Shown: positions 11,837 through 24,225 of the stretch, piece by piece
Numbering within the stretch: the stretch's first letter is position 1
How the letters are laid out: every line of letters starts with the position of its first letter
NCBI RefSeq assembly: GCF_000143415.4
Contig: NW_003314321.1
Span: 186,001-250,000 of the forward strand
Length of the DNA: 64,000 bases
Reading direction: 5' to 3'
From: Selaginella moellendorffii
Taxonomy: Eukaryota; Plantae; Lycopodiophyta
Notes under the pieces: generated by a model
What the model saw: the letters and a program-made list of their open reading frames with translations, nothing else
What the model was told of the DNA's origin: nothing
Databases searched by the model: none
Program-made: the position numbers and the translations under genes

Positions 11837-14800
11837 ATGAACAAGACCCTGGTCATCCTTATCATGGTATCGGAGCACTAGTTTTTCTGGGATGGCTTCA
11901 GACAAAGACGTTTTGGAAGTTTTTGATGGCAGAGATTTCCATGGATGGCGAACTCAGATGCAGTTTTTCTTCATGGAGAAGAACCTTTGGCGGCAGCGAC
12001 AGAGGTTGCACCCGAGAAAGAGTGGAACAGACAAAACACTCAAACACTTAGAATCCTTGGACGCGCAGTGGGAAGATTTATCGGTGTCACCTTGACACGT
12101 CCCTGACAGCCAACAAGAATTGGGAAGCACTAAAGACAGTGCTTGGCCGAACCAACAAGACCAATCTAATTGAGATGAAAACCAAGTTCGGCAGCATGGT
12201 CAAGAAGAAGGATGAGTCCATTCAAGATTATGCAAGTCGTTTGAAGGATACAGCGAAGCAGATCGACACTCTTCAATCTCCCACCAAAGTGGACGACAGT
12301 GACCTTGTCACAGTGTTTCTCAAGGGCATTCCAACAGCGTTTCAACTTGCTGCCTCTGGACATGTGGCCACCAAAACAGGTCGTTAACGAGATGTTAGCA
12401 CTGGAAACCTTGCTAGGAGGATCTCAGTTTCTGGAAGAAATCCCTCGCGATTTGGCTATGTTTGCTGGTTCTAAGGCCAAGGTCTCAATCTGGGACAGGC
12501 TAGGGCCGCGCCAGGAGGATGCTGCCAAAGAACGCAAACAAGAAGGTCAAAACGAGCCAAAGAGAAACAAGAAGCGCAAAAATAACGGTCTCTGTAATAT
12601 CTGTAAAAAGCCAGGACACTTCGCCCGGGACTGTACAGATGACGCGGCCAAGATCCGGAAGGAAATCAGGAAGGGGAAGCAAGTCTCCAATTACACACGA
12701 GCAGAGCAAGACGATGTCACAGATGGTAGCTTGTTCATGGCTCAAGCTGTAGCAGAGTCAAATTCCCTTGCACCCAACACTCCAAGAACAGAGGTGATCT
12801 GGATTGACAGTGGAGCCAATCATCATATGACTCATCTCCAAAGCCTTTTCTCGCATTTAGAAGACGTTCCAGACGGGAAGCGAATTTACCTCGGCGATGA
12901 CTACTCACACAGCGTGTGTGGAGTTCGAGGTTCGACTTGCCACAGGACAGGTTGTAGCAGTCAGTGGAGTCTACTACGTTCCTGGTGTCAAGATGACACT
13001 CTTCTCCGTTGGAAAAATCACAGATCGTGATTGTGAACTTCTCTTTTCCAAGACGCAGTGCACTATAATGTGAGGCGAGTCAGTTATAGCCAGTGGGAGG
13101 CGTTATGCTGGCCTTTACCAGCTGAATGCAGAGGTGGAGTATCCAGTCAAGCCTAGCGAGCAACTTCGTCCTCAGCATGCGGTTGACCTCCAGACATGGC
13201 ATCGCCGGCTTGGTCACACGAATTACCAGGATATTAAACAACTTGCGAGTTCAGGCATGGTTGACGGTCTTCACATCACTTCTCAGAAGCTGAGGTTTTG
13301 TGAGCCGTGCGTTCTCGCAAAGCAGCACAGATTTCCTTTCAAGGCTGGTGCTGCTACAAGAGCTACCGAGATTTTAGAGCTAGTCCACTCTGACGTGTGT
13401 ACGATGCCAGTACTTTCTCGAGACAAGAAGGTCTATTTTGTGACCTTTATAGACGATTATTCCAGGGTGATCGCAGCAAAGTTTCTAGCTCGCAAATCTG
13501 AGGTGATCAATGAGTTCCAGTTTTTTAGAACTCGAGCAGAGTTGCAGACCCGCAAGAAACTGAGGAAATTTCGAAGTGATGGTGGTGGAGAATATGTCTC
13601 TAAAGATTTTATCAAATATTGTGAAGAAGCTGGGATTGAGAGGCAGTATTCAGTTCCAGATACACAGCAACAAAATGGCACAGCTGAGCGAGCCAACCGA
13701 ACGCTCCAGGAAGCAGCTCGCTCCTTATTACGAGATGCTGGTTTGCCCGAGTCCTTTTGGTGTGAAGCTGTTGCAGTCGCAGCTTATCTGCGAAACCGTC
13801 AGATCACATCAGCAGTGAGCGGCGAGACACCATTTGAGATTTGGTATGGCAGAAAACCGGATCTCAGCCATCTTCGAATTTTTGGATGCATAAGGAAGCA
13901 TCGCACCAAGCTTGAAGATTGCAGCGTGAAGGCAGTTCTAGTCGGCAACAGTGATCACATGAAGGCCTACAAGCTCTTCAGTTTGTCCTCATCCAAGATC
14001 TTCCACAGTCGTGATGTGATCTTCGATGAAACACGGACGTATGCAACCAGAAATCTCCCGTGCGCTCTTGATCTTCCAGTCAACGGTCAACGGTTTATGG
14101 TTCTTGACAGTGACGAGGTAGCGCAACTGCAGCTCCAGCAGCAGAATCCAATCAGCCCGTCCCTATAGACGCAGCGGCAAGTGATGCTGAAGCGAGTGGG
14201 AGCTCTCAACCCATCAGCAGGAGGTATTTTTGGCACGGGTGGGAGCGACACTTCAGGCCAGAACGGGACGTCTCCTCCAGTCGGCGGAGAGATCGGCTTA
14301 AGTGGGAGTACTCAGCCTTCACCACAGCCAGTGCTTAGACGGTCTACTCGGATCCGCACACTCACAGAAGCAGGGGCACAATTTCAAGAACGGCTTGACT
14401 TTCAGACTGCCCGCCGAGCTTCTCGGCAGCAAGCTCAAGCTAGGGGACAGCTCCAAGTGGTTCCAACACGTTCTACTATGCAGCAGCTCCTCCAGAAGTG
14501 CAACAGGCGTTTCTGGAATTACCTTCTCCAGTTTTCCAGTTGTTATTTTCTCAAGGCCAAGATATCTTGGTTCCCAAGAAGTTGCGTGAGGCACTCTCCA
14601 GTCCTGAGCGTGAGCAGTGGCAAGCAGCAGCAAATTCTGAGTATTCGTCTCTCATGGAGAATGAGACATGGGACCTGGTCGATCTACCTCCTGGAAGGAA
14701 ACTGGCTTTTTCGAATCAAGACTGGAGCTGATAAGAAACTTCTCAAGTACAAGGCAAGACTTGTACACAGGTTGAGGGCGTGGACTACAATGAAACGTTT

Positions 14801-16233
14801 TCTCCAGTGGTGAAGATGGCCTCTATCCGCTTGTTACTCAATCTTGCAGCCCAGCAGAATTTAGAAGTGGAGCAGCTCGACGTCACCACAGCGTTTCTCT
14901 ATGGCGATCTTGACGAGGAGGTTTATGTCCTTCAGCCAGAAGGATATGTCATCAAAGGCCAGGAACACAAGGTGTGCAAGCTTAAGAAGGCTTTATATGG
15001 ATTAAAGCAGTCTCCACGGCAGTGGTATGCGAAGATGAACATCTATCTACTCTCCATCGGTTTTGTGAGTATTTCAGCATATTCTAATGTTTATCTTCGC
15101 AAGTCAGGTACAATATATATTTATCTTGCACTCTATGTAGACGATTGTCTACTAGTCGGTCCAACTCGCATAGCTTTGCAGCAGCTCAAGCGTGAGCTAC
15201 AGGCACGATTTAAGATGGTGGATCTTGGACCAATGAAATATTGTTTGGGGATCGAGATTATACGCGACAGGCAGGCTGGCATCATACAATTATCTCAGCA
15301 GAAGTATGTTGACGATATCTTGGAGAGCTTTCATCTTGCTGAGCTGAATGAAGCGTCAATTCCTATGGAAGCCGGCCTCCATCTCAGAAAAGATCAAGTC
15401 CCACAAACAGTCGAGGAATGCGAGAAGATGCAGATACCGTACCGTCAGATGGTTGGCAGCTTAGTCTACCTAATGGTCTGCACACGGCCAGATTTAGCTT
15501 TTGCAGTGGGAGCAGTGTCCCAGTTTCTCGAGACTCCAGGACTTCCTCATTGGTTAGCAGTCAAACGTATCTTTCGCTACTTAAAGGGGACCAGACATTT
15601 TGCACTCACGTACTCCAAAGTCTCAGCAGGTATGCAACTGTTTGGCTTCACGGATGCTGACTTTGCAGGCGAGGTTGAGCAGCCGAGATCCACCTCAGGT
15701 TATCTTTAGTCTCGGCAGCGGCGCTCTCACATGGTGCAGCAAGCGACAGTTAATTATAGCGTTATCGTCGACCGAAGCAGAGTATGTTGCAGCTACTCAA
15801 GCAGCTAAGGAATGTTGCTGGCTACGACAGCTCTTGGACGGCATCGGCTATTCTCAGCTAGGGCCAACAGCTATCTTTTGCGATAACCAGGGTGCTATCG
15901 CACTCATGGGCGCGCCAAACATATCCAGGTGCAGTTCCATTATATTCGAGATCAAGTGTGTTTTGGAGCTCATCCATTGTGGAACAACAGAGCAGGTTGC
16001 AGATATTTTTACCAAGGCGTTACCTCCAGCTTTGTTCCAGCGACACGTACACGCACTTGGCGTGAGAGAGAGCACCTTAGTGTTCGAGTGGGAGTGATAC
16101 GAATATGCTGGCATAGCATATTCTCCAGAGCTGTCTAGAGGCGCGGTAGGCAGTTAGGGGACACTAGAGAGAGTAGGGTGTGTTTTTCTTTTGTAGCCTC
16201 TTGTGATGAACAAGACCCTGTTCATCCTTATCA
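11837..16233 (+). mobile_element. Ty1/copia LTR retrotransposon with truncated 5' LTR
   Basis: 5' LTR remnant 11837-11864 matches 16206-16233 at 27/28. PBS TGGTATCGGAGC at 11865-11876 (tRNA-iMet type). PPT GAGTGGGAG, then 3' LTR TGATAC..TTATCA at 16095-16233. Confidence 0.95.
11892..16097 (+). pseudogene. Copia gag-pol polyprotein (frameshifted)
   Basis: Zn knuckle CNICKKPGHFARDC; protease WIDSGANHHMT; WHRRLGH; integrase LVHSDVC/RSDGGGEY/NGTAERANR; RT QLDVTTAFLYG, LYVDD; RNase H TDADFAG/SSTEAEY/ADIFTK. IN precedes RT. Split over several frames. Confidence 0.95.
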
Positions 16234-16934
16234 GTCTTCAGGGCGCTTGATCCTCGTACTGGTAGCAGCATTTCTCCAGCTCGGAGCCCCCGCTGCTGCT
16301 GGACTCTTCTTGGCAACACCACGGATCAAACGCTGCATCACAAACACGCACACTAAAAAGGCTTGGTAGAAACTTACACTCGCGAAAACCTGCATCATCT
16401 CTCGAGAACAAAGCAAGGCAAGCTCCGGTCCTTAAGAAAACAAAAAACAGAAGTGTTAACCTGGCTATAAATCGTATCCCATTCTCGTCGACATTTGTCC
16501 CGCAGTGATTTGTAAAAACGCATGCATTCGGAAACTGATATGTTCTTGGGTGTGTTAAAATACAACAGTGTCTAACATCGTCCCGAGACAGAACTTTGTC
16601 TCAAATAGCTGCTTTAACAACATCTGAATTTCACCTGGAACTTCCATTCATAAGAAAGATCGGCTTGTTCTCTAGACAAATTTGGAGTTATAAGCAATCC
16701 CTTTCTCCTCCAAAGTAGTAGCACTCGATTAGACCTGGATTGACAACACAAAACCAAAATAGTCGTGCATTGTCAACTCCCTGCAAGCCATGGAACTCTT
16801 TACAGTTCTTCTATCGCTATGATTTACTACGAGCAACTGTACAAGAGATCCCGGTTGCTGAATAAATCTCCTAAGTGCGTCTTTCTTCTCTCAGAACCCG
16901 GCTTGTTGTCCAGAAATCTGTAAAGTAGCATCCT

Positions 16935-17285
16935 ATGTCCCGCATTCAAGCCCGGATTGGTCTAGCCGCAGCCATGGCAAAAAAAAAAAAAAGCCTAGGA
17001 GAAGACGAGAAGACGTGGGTGTGGAACTGCGTCATCAGAGGCTACGGCATGCTTGGCCCAGTCAAGTGCGCTCGAGAGGCATTTCTGCAGTGTCCAGCTA
17101 AGAACTTCCTGAGCTGGAAGCTCCTTGCTGACGCATATGCCCAGAAGGGGCATTACGGGAAAGTGCTAGAGATTGAAGACAAGATCCCGGCTGTGATGTA
17201 TCAGCTTGCTCCGCCTCCTCCTCCTCCAGCATCCATCTTTGATGCTGTTTCTCTGTACCAGAAAGGCAAGACGTTGGCAGCATGA
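16935..17285 (+). pseudogene. PPR (PLS-type) gene fragment
   Basis: WVWNCVIRGYGMLGPVKCAREAF..PAKNFLSWKLLADAYAQKGH resembles two PPR motifs. No continuation. Confidence 0.55.
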
Positions 17286-17476
17286 ACTTCTTCAAGTGTT
17301 TTGCCATGAGGAAAATAGAAGGCAGCTTCTTTTTTTGGCATTGGGCAACCCTAACTAAACGATGGGTTGGAAGATCATGGCCGGTCTCAAGCCAACTTGG
17401 GTGCGGATTGTTTCCAGGAAGGTCCAATTCAATCTACCTGTGTCGTGCTATAACAACATTTGCTTTAGATCTAGAC

Positions 17477-19466
17477 AAGGAGGCCAAGTTTTTGATGTTT
17501 CTAGGATCCGTCTTGTTAGGACACTTCGTGTACTAGTCCGTGCTCAGAACACCAACATTGAGGAGCTGCTGGATGTGACCGACTTGCAAGTGCGGGAGAT
17601 TGCAAAGCAGGCCATCGAATGTTTGTGGTGAGGGTCACGTTCTAGATCATGTCTATGCAAACTTGTGTCATGAAGTCTAAGAATGATTGCTGTGCAGGGA
17701 GTCTATCGACTTGCTTGTCAGGCTGCAATGCAGAGGCAGTCCCAGGATGAGATCCAGAAGCTCTCATGCATTGGTGTACATCAGAATCTAGCTTGCACAG
17801 CTTCGGGAATGGAACATGTCGCTACGTTAGCGTGTCTAGCGAGAGATCATACATCAGGTTGGTTGTCTCACATTTTTGCTAGTATTTTCTTTTGAGATTT
17901 CTTAAAACGTCCAGGGTCTCACCCGAGCTGGCTTCGGAGACTGATACTGCTGCGGTCTTGTGCGCTCAGAAACCTCTTGACCACAAATTACAACAGGCCT
18001 GCAACAGCATCTATGAAGGAAAGGCACTTTTCGGAGGCATAGATAATCGACAGGACTATGCAGACAACGAAAAATGTAACACATATGATCCGAGACGCAG
18101 GCCGTGGTACTTGAATGCCTTGGCAGTTCAGAAATCACTCTACATTGTTTTGGACAAATCGTTGTCCATGAGCAATCTTGTTGGAACTTTGTCATCCCAA
18201 AGCCGTCTGGCCGCTGCCAGAAGCGTTCTTAAGGCACTCCTGGACACTCTCGAATGGAGACCAAGTAGCAGTGTCAACGATTAGTGGTGGACCTATTGCC
18301 GCTCCAGTAATTTAAACGATGATCTTCTAAGTTATGATTCATCTTAAGGCTTTGGTTTTGCAGGTTTCAGTCGTGCTTGAAAACCTTGAAACATCATCCA
18401 ATGCTTCTGGCATTTCGTCCCTCAAGGATGCCATAGCCAAGGTCAAAGTCGACAATTCACCCAAGGATATCAAGAAAGCTCTTGCTGCGGCCCTTGATTT
18501 CTTCAATTCCAGCTCTAACTTAAACGTAAAGATCATCCTCTTTCTTTGTCTGTCACTAACAGTGCTCGTAATGTAAGGTAATACTTACAGTTTGCCAGCA
18601 ATTTTAACTTCACAGATTTGAATCCACTCTTCACAGAACTCAACGACAAAGGTGTTGTGGTTTTCGTCTACAGGATAGGATTCTTCACCTCCAACGATGC
18701 CACTTTCCAGAAGATGCAAGGTAACCTCAACATGACTTACGAGGCTGTGAAAGACGAGAAAAATCCCCTGCTCAACATTCGGAGCTACTTTGATTACATC
18801 GCTTGGCTTCGCTTTGTTGCCGTGAACAAAAAGCCTACGTTGATGCCGCCGAGCTCGGAAACGCGACGAGCTCAGGTAAACCGGCGCTCCTTTTCTTGTC
18901 TTGGTCCTTTGATCATCTGATTACTGCTGTAGCGTTCGATGCAAATCAGCGTTTGATCGGAGTTGCATGCATTGACATTATTGCCGAGAAGCTTATCAGC
19001 AGGCACGGCAGCGCTGCTGTTCAAGAAGCAGTGTCTAAACGGAGCTTCCATTCTTCAGAGAATGTGAAGCCTTTCCCTCTCACTCAACCAGTTAAGTCCA
19101 CAAAACCCCCAGCTTTTCAACTTATCGCTGACATTACCAGTAGGTCTCGAATGCAACCATTATCAACTGTGGTTTTACTGGGAAGCTGACTCCCATTTGC
19201 CCGCAAAGAGATTTTTCGACACCGATCACAGAGTTCATGTGCTGTGGCGATTGTGCTGTTGCCAGCACCAATTCTTCGAAGACTTCATTGGCAGTTCTGG
19301 TATTTGCGTGGGAGCGGCAGTTCTTGTTCTGGCTGCCGCTGCTGTAGTTTTCTACTGTAAGTGCTGCAAATCCCCCTTGCCTGCCACGAGTGAAACTCCC
19401 ATCGGGGCTGAACAAGAAGTGTGGGTGACTGGCCCGCAGAGGTCGCCTAATAACATAACTGGTTGA
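17477..19466 (+). pseudogene. alpha2delta/CACHD1-like paralogue A2 (start codon lost, frameshifts)
   Basis: ATG of A1 is AAG here; 1-bp deletion near 17530; 2-bp deletion near 18250; deletions near 18840-18875. Retains YDPRRRPWY and DKSLS. Confidence 0.85.
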
Positions 19467-19786
19467 AAGAGAGCCTTGCTTTGTTTGTTTCATTTACAAC
19501 TGAAACTCAAAACTCATCAGCAACAATGGATTTCGTCCCTTAAAAAGCCAATGGAAGTGAATGACTGGTGTCCAAAAACATGTAGAAATGTCGTAAATGT
19601 CATCATCAGATGGCGTAAAAGTCCACACGGTTTAGGATAGGTTTGATATGGTTCCTAAAAATCAACACGATGGTGCTTCCAGCCTCCATTGCGGAATACT
19701 GGAAGGCAGAACTTCTGGAATGGTGCTTCCAGGAACGAATGAGAGCTTGATAAAATTAACGCCACCACTTTTGCAGGTTTGAGCGA

Positions 19787-21951
19787 ATGGAGAGCTCCCT
19801 CGTGCTTAGATTTGCCTTTTTAGGTGTCTTGTCTTTGCTGCTAGCAAACGCTCAAGATAACATCGAAACAGTGCTGGACGAGACCGATTTCCAGGTCCAG
19901 GCAATCGCGAATCAAGCAATCTCAAATCGAGCCAATACTTGTGGTAAGCTCTTGAACCTCAAGCTCAAACAACTTTGTAGAGTATTGTCACTCCAGGAAG
20001 TCTATCGGATTGCTCACTCGACACTTGCAAAAGGCGCCCTTGCTGGCCGCAGTCCAAGGATGAGATCCAAAAGCTCTCTTGCGTTCCAGTATTGCGCAAT
20101 GGAGACTGCACGTCTCCGGCAAATGGAACTTGCCAGAACTTAAGCGTTTCAACTCAAAAAACATACCTCAGGTATCTAGTTTGTCAATGTACAGCTTTGA
20201 CTTGAGATGTTGCTATGGTCATCTAGAGTCCCACCCGATCAAGACCCGGAGAAAGATCGAGATTTTCAGACGGTCTTGTGTGCTCAAAAATCTCTAGACA
20301 AGAAGCTACAACAGGCCTGGGATAACACGAAGAAGTTTTCCCTTGGCTGGGCTTTCTTTGGAGGGATTGAAGGATACTTGCATGTTTACCCGGGCCGGGT
20401 AAGTGCACAATAAGCATTTCTTCCCTGCAAGCGAGAGTTTATGTCTTTATATGACAGGACTATGTCGACAGTGGGCAGTGTGATCTTTATGATCCAAGGC
20501 TCAGGCCATGGTTTCTCAATACTTTGGCGGTCCAAAAATCGCTCTACATTCTCTTGGACACCTCCACTTCCATGAGCAATCCCACTGGAGTTTTATCCTC
20601 CCAAACCCGCTTTAATGTTGCAAATAACATCATTAAGCAGCTGCTAAACACCCTCACTAATGGAGATCAAGTGGCTGTGTCAACGATCGGTGGTGAGAAA
20701 ATCGGAGCTCCAGTTAAGTTTTTCATCAGAAACTAGGATAACTTCTGATCATGAGGTTCTGAATACCAGGTTTCCGTAGTTCTTGACGTCCAGGAAACCT
20801 CTTTGGATCTTGCTGGAATCTCATCCCTCAAAGATTCCATAAGCAACACAAGTGTTGGAAACTCAGCCAGTAACATAAAGAATGGGCTGCAAGCAGCACT
20901 TGATTTCTTCAACTCCAGTTCCAACTTGAATGTAAGATGCTTTTCGTGTGATAATCACAAGAAATCACATTGGTTTCTTCAACTTGGCAAATCCCAGGTC
21001 ATAATCCTCTTCACAGATGGACAGTTTGTCACCCCTGGCAATTTCAACTTGACCCAACTGAGCGCAGTTTTGGCACAGCTGAACGCGAGAAACGTTGTGG
21101 TGTTCGTCTACAGAATCGGGTCCTTCACGTCCAACGACAGTGCCGCTTTCCAGCAAATGCAGAGCAGCCTCAACATGAGCTACGAGTTCATCAGTGACGA
21201 CAAAAACCCGCTGCTCAAGATCCACAGCTACTTCGACTACATTGCATGGCTTCGCTTTGTCGCCGTCAACAAGAAACCAGTTTGGGCGAGCTTGTATGCC
21301 GATTCTGCTGGCCTTGGCAATGTCACAACTTCCATCTTTCCAGGTTTGTATAATACTATTATTTATTACTCTGCTTCTTCTTAGTAATTATTTTAACTTC
21401 ATGCAGCTTTTGATGCAAATCAACAGTTGATTGGAGTTGCATCGATAGATGTTCTTGCTGATGGGCTTATCGCGAAGCTTGGCCAGCCTACGGTTGAGAA
21501 AGCTTTATCTCAACGATCCTTTCCTCCACAGCAAAAGCCTCTTCCTCTCGCTCGAACAGTTACGTGGAACTTCGATTTTGCTTTTTAGATTGAGAGAACT
21601 TTGATTTTGCAGCTCTCCAATGCGACCATCAGCTGTGACTTCCGTGGGAGCCTGGCTCCAATCTGTCCAAGAGGCGACTTTACCACGCCCATCAGGGATT
21701 TTATATGTTGTGGAGCTTGTGCCGCTACAGCCACTGCTTCTCCTCCTCCTCCTCGTCCCGCAAAGAAGGGAACGAGCAAAGTAATCGCTGGTATCGCTGC
21801 GGGCGGAGTTGTCGCCGCTTGTGCCATCTTCGTTTCCGTCGTGTTTTTGTGTCGCAAGTGCCGCAAATCTCCAACTGAAAGCGATAATAACCAACCTCAA
21901 GAACCGGACTGGTTGCAACCAACGAGATCTCCTCTGAAACAAAACTTGTAA
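19787..21951 (+). CDS. alpha2delta/CACHD1-like type-I membrane protein, paralogue B2
   Basis: Same exon structure and motifs as B1 (YDPRLRPWF, DTSTS, FTDG, LYAD..GVASID, TM). Only in-frame differences seen. Confidence 0.88.
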
Positions 21952-22089
21952 TCTTATTCCTCGGACTCCTTCAGATCTCCAAAACTCGTCTTTTTATATA
22001 CATACTTTCGCACACAAAACAAGAGCTTTGCTTTAAAACAGAAAGAAAAACTTGAAAGACTTACACTACCACGAAGAAGAAGAAGCTCT

Positions 22090-22678
22090 TCAGCTCAAGG
22101 GGCCGCCATGGGCGATCGGGGGCGGAGGCTCCTGCTGGATGTGAGCGATGCGAGCGGTTGGCCACTCGAGTGACAACTTCCGCAGCGGGCTCTGGAGGTA
22201 GACGGCGGCTTTGCGCTTGACCCACTCGGGGTGCTCGATCTCGAACAGCCTCTCCCGGAGGTCGCGAGTGATGCTCACGTTGGGATGGGCTACGTGCTCC
22301 CACCAGAACGTCCACACCCCCAGCCCAATGGCGAGCAACACCATTCCCGCCAGAGGAAGCACCGGAAGGAGCTCTCTGCGGAGGATGTCGGTCGTTACCA
22401 TCTTCATCCCGTTTTTCCTGCACGGTACCTGGTACACTCTGTGCAGTGGATCCACCTTTAGGGAAATCGAAAACAAGGAAGAAAGAAAACTACCTTCCGC
22501 GCTGATGCAAGTACTCGGATGCTGTCTGCCTCTTCATCACACCAGCGTCGCCAGTGTAAGGATTTGGAACAACGTCTTCAGGGCGCTTGATCCTCGTACT
22601 GGTAGCACCATTTCTCCAGCTTGGAGCCCCCACTGCTGCTGCACTCTTCTTGGCAACACCACGGATCAAACGCTGCAT
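22090..22678 (-). CDS. B12D / NDUFA4-like single-TM protein with a mitochondrial-presequence-like N-terminus
   Basis: Two exons (intron GTAG..CACAG, about 55 bp). ELLPVLPLAGMVLLAIGLGVWTFWWEHVAHPNVSITRDLRERLFEIEHPEWV..SPLRK..IAHIQ follows the plant B12D-like pattern. Confidence 0.65.
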
Positions 22679-23185
22679 CACAAACAAGCGCACACTAAGT
22701 TAGAAAAACCAAAGGCTTGATAGATGATACTAACTTACACTCGCGAAAGCCTGCATCATCTCTCGAGAACAAAGCAAGGCAAGCTCCGGTCCTTAGGAAA
22801 ACAAGAAACAAAAGAACTGTTATCCTGGCTATAAATCTTATCCGATTCTCGTCGACATTTGTCCCGCAGTGATTTGTAAAAACGCATGCATTCGAAAACG
22901 TGGTGCCAACCACAGTAAGGATAAAAAAGACGCACGTTAGCGAATCTTACTGTCACTTTCGCTTGAACTCTCCTGAAGACGCTGCTACTGGAAAAAAGGA
23001 AAAAGAACTCTCCCGAAGACGCTGCTACTGGAAAAAAAGAAAAAGAACTCTCTCGAAAACACGAGTGTCAATGAAAAGGCATTTATTTACCAGGCAAACA
23101 TTTCTTTTCCAGACAAGCCAGGCATGATACGTAGACAATATACTACTACAACAAAAAGAGAATCACAAAAGTCCATACCGCAAAC

Positions 23186-24019
23186 TTACTCGGCCCACCA
23201 GAGGGCGATCTGCTTGCGGCGCTTGATCTTCTTCTGGAGCTGGAGGAGACCGTAGAGAAGCGCCTCGGCGGTGGGCGGACACCCGGGGACGTAGATATCC
23301 ACTGGGACAATCCGGTCACAACCGCGAACCACAGCGTACGAGTAATGGTAGTAGCCACCGCCATTCGCACAGCTTCCCATCGAGACCACCCAGCGCGGCT
23401 CGGGCATTTGATCGTAGACCCTGCACGTAGAAAACTATCAGTTGACGCAAGGAAAGAACGCTCAAGAACTTTGGAAAGAACTCCACACCGACACAAAGAA
23501 CAATGGAGATCTTCACGACAAAGAACAACGAAGATCTTCACACCGACACAAAGAACAATGGAGATCTTCACGACAAAGAACAACGAAGATCTTCACACCG
23601 ACTCAAGGCAAAGAGAAGGAAACTAAAAAGGAAGAGAGAAAAACCAAGTACCTGCGAAGAGCTGGAGCCATCTTGTTGGTGAGAGTCCCAGCCACGATCA
23701 TGCAATCCGACTGCCTGGGGCTGGGACGGAAGATCATTCCAAACCTATCCAAGTCGTAGCGCGCGGCTCCAGTGTGCATCATCTCCACGGCGCAGCACGC
23801 CAGGCCGAAAGTCATGGGCCAGATCGATCCCGCTCGCACATAATTGATCACGGAATCGAGCTTGGAGATGACGAAATTCGCCAGGCCGGAGGATTCCCCG
23901 CTGCTGCTGGATGTGGCATAATCCGCCCTGCTGATCGCCGGCAAGCTGCTCTTGAGAAGATTTGACCTCGCCGCGGTGCTGGACACCGCCATTCGAGCTG
24001 CCCTGGGAAGCAGCGCCAT
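23186..24019 (-). CDS. NDUFS7: NADH:ubiquinone oxidoreductase 20-kDa PSST subunit, mitochondrial
   Basis: [44 protein letters not shown]. One intron at 23421-23651. Confidence 0.98.
23484..23602 (+). repeat. 55-bp tandem repeat (about 2.1 copies) in the PSST intron
   Basis: CACACCGAC starts at 23484, 23539 and 23594. Confidence 0.9.
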
Positions 24020-24225
24020 AGCTGCCGCTGCGTTGAGAGGGAGAGGGCAAAGATCACAAACGATGCCAAGGCGATGGAGGTGCGTACCTCGAAGAAGACG
24101 GTGCGCTGCACAAACCCTAGCTCTCGTGTTTTACCCTTTAAGAACTCAGCCAACCACAACGCGCCACGTGTTCATATAGTTTTGTGCCCTAATTCCATTT
24201 TCTAGGGCTTCTGGGCAGGAAGGAA
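24020..24225. promoter_or_regulatory. Compact bidirectional promoter (telo-box, G-box)
   Basis: 206 bp between divergent ATGs; AAACCCTAG at about 24112; GCCACGTG at about 24163. Confidence 0.55.

Larger units (their letters stand above)
11127..16338 (-). pseudogene. B12D/NDUFA4-like gene, copy 1, exon 1 interrupted by retroelements
   Basis: 5' part (MQRLIRGVAKK..RPED) at 16338-16234 and remainder (VVPNPY..) from 11599 downward. Uninterrupted in unit 2. Confidence 0.8.
5778..16535 (+). repeat. Tandem segmental duplication, unit 1 (includes a 4.6-kb TE insertion)
   Basis: Start ACAGAACTT..CAAATAGCTGCTTTAA matches 16588. End GTGATTTGTAAAAACGCATGCATTCG matches 22869-22894. Colinear gene content. 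Confidence 0.93.
16588..22899 (+). repeat. Tandem segmental duplication, unit 2
   Basis: Near-identical to unit 1 minus the TE insertion. Confidence 0.93.

Noticed and set aside
11600-11864. Apparent chimeric copia 5' LTR with a 2-bp TSD
   Set aside because: Better explained as a separate solo LTR (ACGT TSD) plus a truncated copia LTR (GTCTT TSD).
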